A stretch of DNA of 42,058 nt from a bacterium (GTDB lineage Bacteria; Babelota; Babeliae; Babelales; RVW-14). Location of the stretch: positions 1 to 42,058 of the forward strand of contig JBDRBF010000046.1 in the NCBI GenBank assembly GCA_043822925.1, in the 5' to 3' direction. The notes under the pieces were generated by a model. It was not told where the DNA came from, ran no database searches, and was given only the letters and a program-made list of their open reading frames with translations. Within the stretch, counting starts at the first letter, position 1, and every line of letters starts with the position of its first letter. The position numbers were made by a program, and so were the translations under genes. Positions 37,914-42,058 of the stretch are shown in pieces.

Positions 37914-39164
37914 ATGAACAAACCTATAAATAACTCTTCAAACGACAGCCAAAAAGATACTCAAAAAATACTCGAATTACTTACCAATGGGACATCACAA
38001 ATTCTCCCCAAAGACGAACTACAAAAAAAACTCGCAAAAAACAAACCACTTAGAATAAAATTCGGCATGGATCCAACGTCGCCAGATTTACATCTTGGAC
38101 ACGCCGTCGTCTTAAACAAACTCAGACAACTACAAGACCTTGGGCATGAAATTATTATCTTAATTGGTGATTTTACGGCTCGCATTGGCGACCCATCAGG
38201 ACAATCTAAGACTCGTCCACAACTTTCAGAAGAAGCGATTAAAAACAATTCAAAAACATACGTCGCCCAAGTCAGCAAGATTCTTGATCCAGACAAAATA
38301 AAAGTACACTACAATTCTGAATGGCTCTCAAAAATAACCCTCGATAGTTTTATTAAAATAGCCGGCAAAGTCACCGTCGCACGAATTATTGAACGCGAAG
38401 ACTTTAAAAATCGTCTGGAAAAAAGCATAACTATTGGCTTTCATGAACTCATGTACCCAATCATACAAGGTTACGATTCTGTAGCGCTCAAAGCAGATAT
38501 AGAACTTGGCGGCACTGATCAAACATTTAACTTACTTGTAGGCCGGTTCTTACAAGAACAATACGACCAAGAACCACAAGTCATCATGACGCTCCCCTTA
38601 CTCGAAGGCCTAGATGGCCAACACAAAATGTCAAAAAGCTTAGGCAACCATGTAGGATTGTACGAAGATCCACAACAAGCATACGGAAAAATAATGTCCA
38701 TCTCAGACACGCTCATGTGGCGCTACTACAACTTATTACTGTCAAAAACAGAAACTGATGTTCAAGCCATGCAAGACGCAATAGCCCAAGAAACTCAGCA
38801 TCCCATGAATATCAAGAAACAGCTCGCGTTTAGCATTATTGAACGCTTTTGGTCAAAAACAGAAGCTCAAGATGCACAAAAATATTTTGAAGCTATCTTC
38901 CAAAAACAAGATTACTCAAAAGCCGAAGATGTAAGTATTCCGGCAGATCTGGCTAACCCGCTCTGGGTTATTCAACTACTCAAAGAACTAGGTGCTATTA
39001 AAACATCTTCCGAAGGCAAACGGTTGATCGAAACGGGCGCTGTTACCGTTAACGGTGAACCGATAACCGAATTTAATGCTGAAATTAACCACCAACCTGG
39101 CATGATCATCAAAGTCGGCAAGCACAGAATTTACAAAATACAATATTTATCATCCCAGTCTTGA
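37914..39164 (+). CDS. tyrS: Tyrosine--tRNA ligase
   Basis: GMDPTSPDLHLGH, IGDPSG, YPIIQGYD, ELGGTDQTFN, KMSKS, C-terminal S4 domain. Confidence 0.97.
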   Translation: MNKPINNSSNDSQKDTQKILELLTNGTSQILPKDELQKKLAKNKPLRIKFGMDPTSPDLHLGHAVVLNKLRQLQDLGHEIIILIGDFTARIGDPSGQSKTRPQLSEEAIKNNSKTYVAQVSKILDPDKIKVHYNSEWLSKITLDSFIKIAGKVTVARIIEREDFKNRLEKSITIGFHELMYPIIQGYDSVALKADIELGGTDQTFNLLVGRFLQEQYDQEPQVIMTLPLLEGLDGQHKMSKSLGNHVGLYEDPQQAYGKIMSISDTLMWRYYNLLLSKTETDVQAMQDAIAQETQHPMNIKKQLAFSIIERFWSKTEAQDAQKYFEAIFQKQDYSKAEDVSIPADLANPLWVIQLLKELGAIKTSSEGKRLIETGAVTVNGEPITEFNAEINHQPGMIIKVGKHRIYKIQYLSSQS

Positions 39165-39198
39165 TCTGAAATCAAATCCTTTAAAATACATTTATATA

Positions 39199-39232
39199 AA
39201 AGAGGCGAGAGTTTAAAAACTCTCGCCTCTTT
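39199..39232. terminator. Bidirectional terminator
   Basis: AAAGAGGCGAGAGTTT-AA-AAACTCTCGCCTCTTT perfect inverted repeat between convergent genes. Confidence 0.85.
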
Positions 39233-39253
39233 GTGTTCTTATCCTATGATTCA

Positions 39254-39277
39254 TCATCCTGAATTTATTTCAGGATC
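39254..39277 (+). repeat. 24-nt palindromic repeat TCATCCTGAATTTATTTCAGGATC
   Basis: ATCCTGAA/TTCAGGAT stem, with the same length and ends as the 5887-5910 element. Confidence 0.6.
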
Positions 39278-39304
39278 CAAGACTTATTCCTTAAAGCATC
39301 AGGC

Positions 39305-40549
39305 TCACAACGCTTTCTTAACCCCCACAAGCTTACGCGCCAGTAGCAGCAATTTATCTCGCAAAACCATTAAAGCCTTACGAAGCTCTGTTCCTTTTGG
39401 AGTAAGATCTTCTTCTTCAACTTCAGGTCTTTTAAATTCATCTTCGATTTGCTTTTGCACTTTAGCTTTATCAGCCATCATCTCTAAGGTTAAAAAAGCG
39501 TCATCACTTTCATCGCTTACAAAAGCAAGTAAAAAACCAAGTATTCTTTTCTTTTGCCCTTTAAAAAACGAAGTCTTTGCCTGCTCAAGAATATATCGAG
39601 CTCTAAATAAACCAATCTTCCACAAATACGTCACGCATGCCTTTTGAATATCATTATCTAATTCATACCCCTCTTTGCGTTCTTCAGTTAAAAATTGAGT
39701 TATCGGCGCAACCATTTCTTTAAGTAATAAAACTCGGCACTCATGAGGCAACATCTCAAGCTTTTCAATAAAATCAAACTGCTGCTTAAAATCTTCTATC
39801 TTAGTATCTTCTTGCCACAAAAACTTTCTTATTTTATACCCAAATTCTTCGAGTTTTATTACCTCTTCAACAGAATTAACATGCGTCGATAGCGCCATCA
39901 AATTACCGTCTTTAATTTTATCTTTAATTTCTTTGCCACCAAGCTTCTGAACCTCTTTCAGTTTTGCTACTTTTTTATTTTTTATTTCGGGTTCTAAATA
40001 TTTGTCATCATGTACATCACTCAAAATATCAAACAAATAATTAAGCATTTTCGCTTTTTCAATCTTATCTATAGATTTTTTTACCCTCACAAGAAGATAT
40101 TCAATTCTAAACAAAGCTATTTTCCATATAAATGTCATCGATTTTTTTTTGATTTGATCATCTAAATCATTCCAATTTTCTTTCACAAAAACCTCAACAT
40201 TACTTGCTAATTCTTTAAGTATTAATATTTGGCGCTCAGGTTTTTGCGTTAAACTCTGATTTTCTTTAATATCATTAAATAATTTTTCAAAAACTTCCGG
40301 TTTAGTATCTTCCTCCAAAAGAAATTTTACAACTGCCCCAAATTCTTCAAGCTTACAAATAAGCGCCACTTGGCCACCCTTGTCACCTGCAATACCTGCA
40401 ATATCTTTAATCAAAGGGCCCAGGTCAGATACATTCATACCCGCTACCACCTGTTCAGGCTGCATGCCAAACAAATAACAATTTACAAAAAAAGAAATCA
40501 CAAATAATCCCAGAAAAACTCCAAACACACACTTAAAAATTTTCTTCAT
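39305..40549 (-). CDS. Exported hypothetical protein with two 166-aa helical repeats
   Basis: Start ATG 40549 (SD GAGG), signal peptide. KLEEFG..FL.EDTK.E.F and WKI.LFR..Y.L each occur twice. Confidence 0.8.
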   Translation of the reverse strand: MKKIFKCVFGVFLGLFVISFFVNCYLFGMQPEQVVAGMNVSDLGPLIKDIAGIAGDKGGQVALICKLEEFGAVVKFLLEEDTKPEVFEKLFNDIKENQSLTQKPERQILILKELASNVEVFVKENWNDLDDQIKKKSMTFIWKIALFRIEYLLVRVKKSIDKIEKAKMLNYLFDILSDVHDDKYLEPEIKNKKVAKLKEVQKLGGKEIKDKIKDGNLMALSTHVNSVEEVIKLEEFGYKIRKFLWQEDTKIEDFKQQFDFIEKLEMLPHECRVLLLKEMVAPITQFLTEERKEGYELDNDIQKACVTYLWKIGLFRARYILEQAKTSFFKGQKKRILGFLLAFVSDESDDAFLTLEMMADKAKVQKQIEDEFKRPEVEEEDLTPKGTELRKALMVLRDKLLLLARKLVGVKKAL

Positions 40550-40672
40550 AAACACCCTCTCAAAAAACAAGCATTCCCAATGGGCCACTATTTTTGTATT
40601 ATAATCAAACGTATTCACCAGAAACAATAGCCTTCATATAAACATCGTATAACACAGAAAAATAATTTACCC

Positions 40673-41374
40673 ATGAAAAAAAACTCAAAACTCTTTTTTC
40701 TCTTACTGGCAACACTCACGATCCCAAAACTCTGTTTTTCAGGGTTAACCCCACCATCAGAATATGTCACTGAAATACACATCAACCTGTCTTCATGTGA
40801 TAAAAGATTCGAGATAACAAACCCAACTGCAAACAAAAACTATCTTGATACCGACGACTTCTATATACGCTCAAACGCAACTGAAAAGCCTTTTCTCAAT
40901 GAAGACGATGAAAACCCAAAACCTAATAAATTATTATTTGATGTAGAAAACTTCACCGTAAAAGAAGCATTTAACTCTGTGTACACTTATTTTAAACTAC
41001 TCACAACAACTCTTGGAGCAAATTTAAATACACTATATTTTAACAGGGAAGCACAGATTTTAAATTTCACAATACAAAATCTAGACCCAAAAGACCTAAA
41101 GCGTGCGCTTCAAAAGTGCAGCTTTTTATTAGAAAACAAAGACGAGTTCCCGGCTCTTAGCGCTCAATTACAAAACATCGTAAAAGACCTAAAAAGCCAG
41201 AAAAAAATCCAACAAGAGATAATACTGGAGATCTCTCAAGCAATAGCTAACTATCGATTCAAAAAAAATATGCCCACAAAAAAACACTCTGACGAGGAAA
41301 AAAGTTTTCTTTACAAGCTCCTGGCCTACACAGTGCCCTGTGCTTTACCCATGGATACATCAGACGACGATTAA
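40673..41374 (+). CDS. Exported hypothetical protein
   Basis: MKKNSKLFFLLLATL signal peptide, homologous to the next ORF. Confidence 0.75.
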   Translation: MKKNSKLFFLLLATLTIPKLCFSGLTPPSEYVTEIHINLSSCDKRFEITNPTANKNYLDTDDFYIRSNATEKPFLNEDDENPKPNKLLFDVENFTVKEAFNSVYTYFKLLTTTLGANLNTLYFNREAQILNFTIQNLDPKDLKRALQKCSFLLENKDEFPALSAQLQNIVKDLKSQKKIQQEIILEISQAIANYRFKKNMPTKKHSDEEKSFLYKLLAYTVPCALPMDTSDDD

Positions 41375-41519
41375 ATACCCCATTATTTTTTAAAATTTTC
41401 ACACAATTTTAAACGCTTTTTAAATACTTCCCAATAACCCACTATTTTTGTACGCTAACCCAAGAAGTTCACAGGTAAAAATAAATACAATCGCTCTATA
41501 CAAAAAAAGGGAGCTGAAT

Positions 41520-42058
41520 ATGAAGAATAAATTAATACTCTTTTGTCTTTCACTCGTCACGCTTAACATAGCAAATCTTAGCTGTGTCTCAAAAAATGAC
41601 ATCGCCGAAATACATTTCAAACTTAATAATAATAATAATAATAATAACAGCCAATCCTGGGGAATAAAAAATCAAAAATTCACAAAAGCGACACCAATAG
41701 ACAAAGAAGAAATAACCAGCATCTCACAAGAAAAAACAAAAATCACAGACATGAAATATCTAGAATCTGATTGCTTTGTACCAGCTTATACGTATCTTAT
41801 GTTTCTTAATAAATTAATGGGTAAAAACCTAACAAATCTATCGTTTGATAATAATCAAAGTATTTTAACATTTACACAAAATATTGCCCCAGAAAAACTA
41901 CTCTTAGCGCTTGAAAAATGTGAAGAATTACATAGTACAACAAAAAAACAATTGTGCCTCGATTGTTTACGCTACACATTACAGGAAATGCTCAAAAAAA
42001 ATATGTACGGCCAAAACTTTATCGTGCACATGATTACAGAAAGCATAATAAACTTAAA
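41520..42058 (+). CDS. Exported hypothetical protein, paralog of 40673..41374 (runs off the window end, absent from the ORF track)
   Basis: ATG 41520 after GGGAG opens MKNKLILFCLSLVTLNIANLSC..EIHFKL..F.PAYTYLMFLNKLMGKNLTNLSFDNNQSILTFTQNIAPEKLLLALEKC with no stop before 42058. Confidence 0.8.
   Translation, partial: MKNKLILFCLSLVTLNIANLSCVSKNDIAEIHFKLNNNNNNNNSQSWGIKNQKFTKATPIDKEEITSISQEKTKITDMKYLESDCFVPAYTYLMFLNKLMGKNLTNLSFDNNQSILTFTQNIAPEKLLLALEKCEELHSTTKKQLCLDCLRYTLQEMLKKNMYGQNFIVHMITESIINL
41625..41648 (+). repeat. (AAT)7AAC microsatellite encoding poly-Asn8
   Basis: Read directly, in frame with ATG 41520. Confidence 0.9.

Noticed and set aside
41420-41620. 66-aa minus-strand ORF
   Set aside because: It is antisense to the plus-strand gene starting at 41520, which is supported by paralogy.
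1-42058. CRISPR arrays, tRNA/rRNA genes, intact IS elements, alternative genetic code
   Set aside because: No regularly spaced repeats, cloverleaf/T-loop signatures or transposase ORFs were seen by eye. Conserved genes read through intact in code 11 with TGA used as stop.

Overview
AT-rich bacterial chromosome segment with no rRNA, tRNA, CRISPR array or intact transposase that I can recognise. The gene mix is consistent with an intracellular parasite of protists such as Candidatus Dependentiae (TM6/Babeliae); this taxonomy is inference. The mix consists of core genes (mutL, mnmA, prfA, rpmE, tyrS), nutrient importers (SemiSWEET, two APC permeases, a CNT/NupC), foldases, and many signal-peptide-bearing orphan or eukaryote-like proteins. 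A wecB-wecC-oxidoreductase sugar operon and two TMTC-like GT-C/TPR proteins coupled to a PGI/PMI are also present. The most interesting signals are: (1) a tandem pair of signal-peptide GNAT acetyltransferases, each with a bipartite-NLS-like motif, divergent from a secreted WD40 protein (candidate host-nucleus effectors); (2) a three-gene family of signal-peptide/glycine-rich hairpin/coiled-coil proteins, with an internal domain duplication in one copy and a frameshifting deletion in another; (3) a site-2 protease paired with a paralog lacking HExxH; (4) a GC-rich structured leader upstream of the nucleoside transporter; (5) a dispersed 24-nt palindromic repeat family, with one copy carrying a nested insertion and one supplying the tyrS stop codon; (6) an internally deleted DUF4143-type ATPase pseudogene. 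All product calls come from motif recognition by eye, with no database searches.
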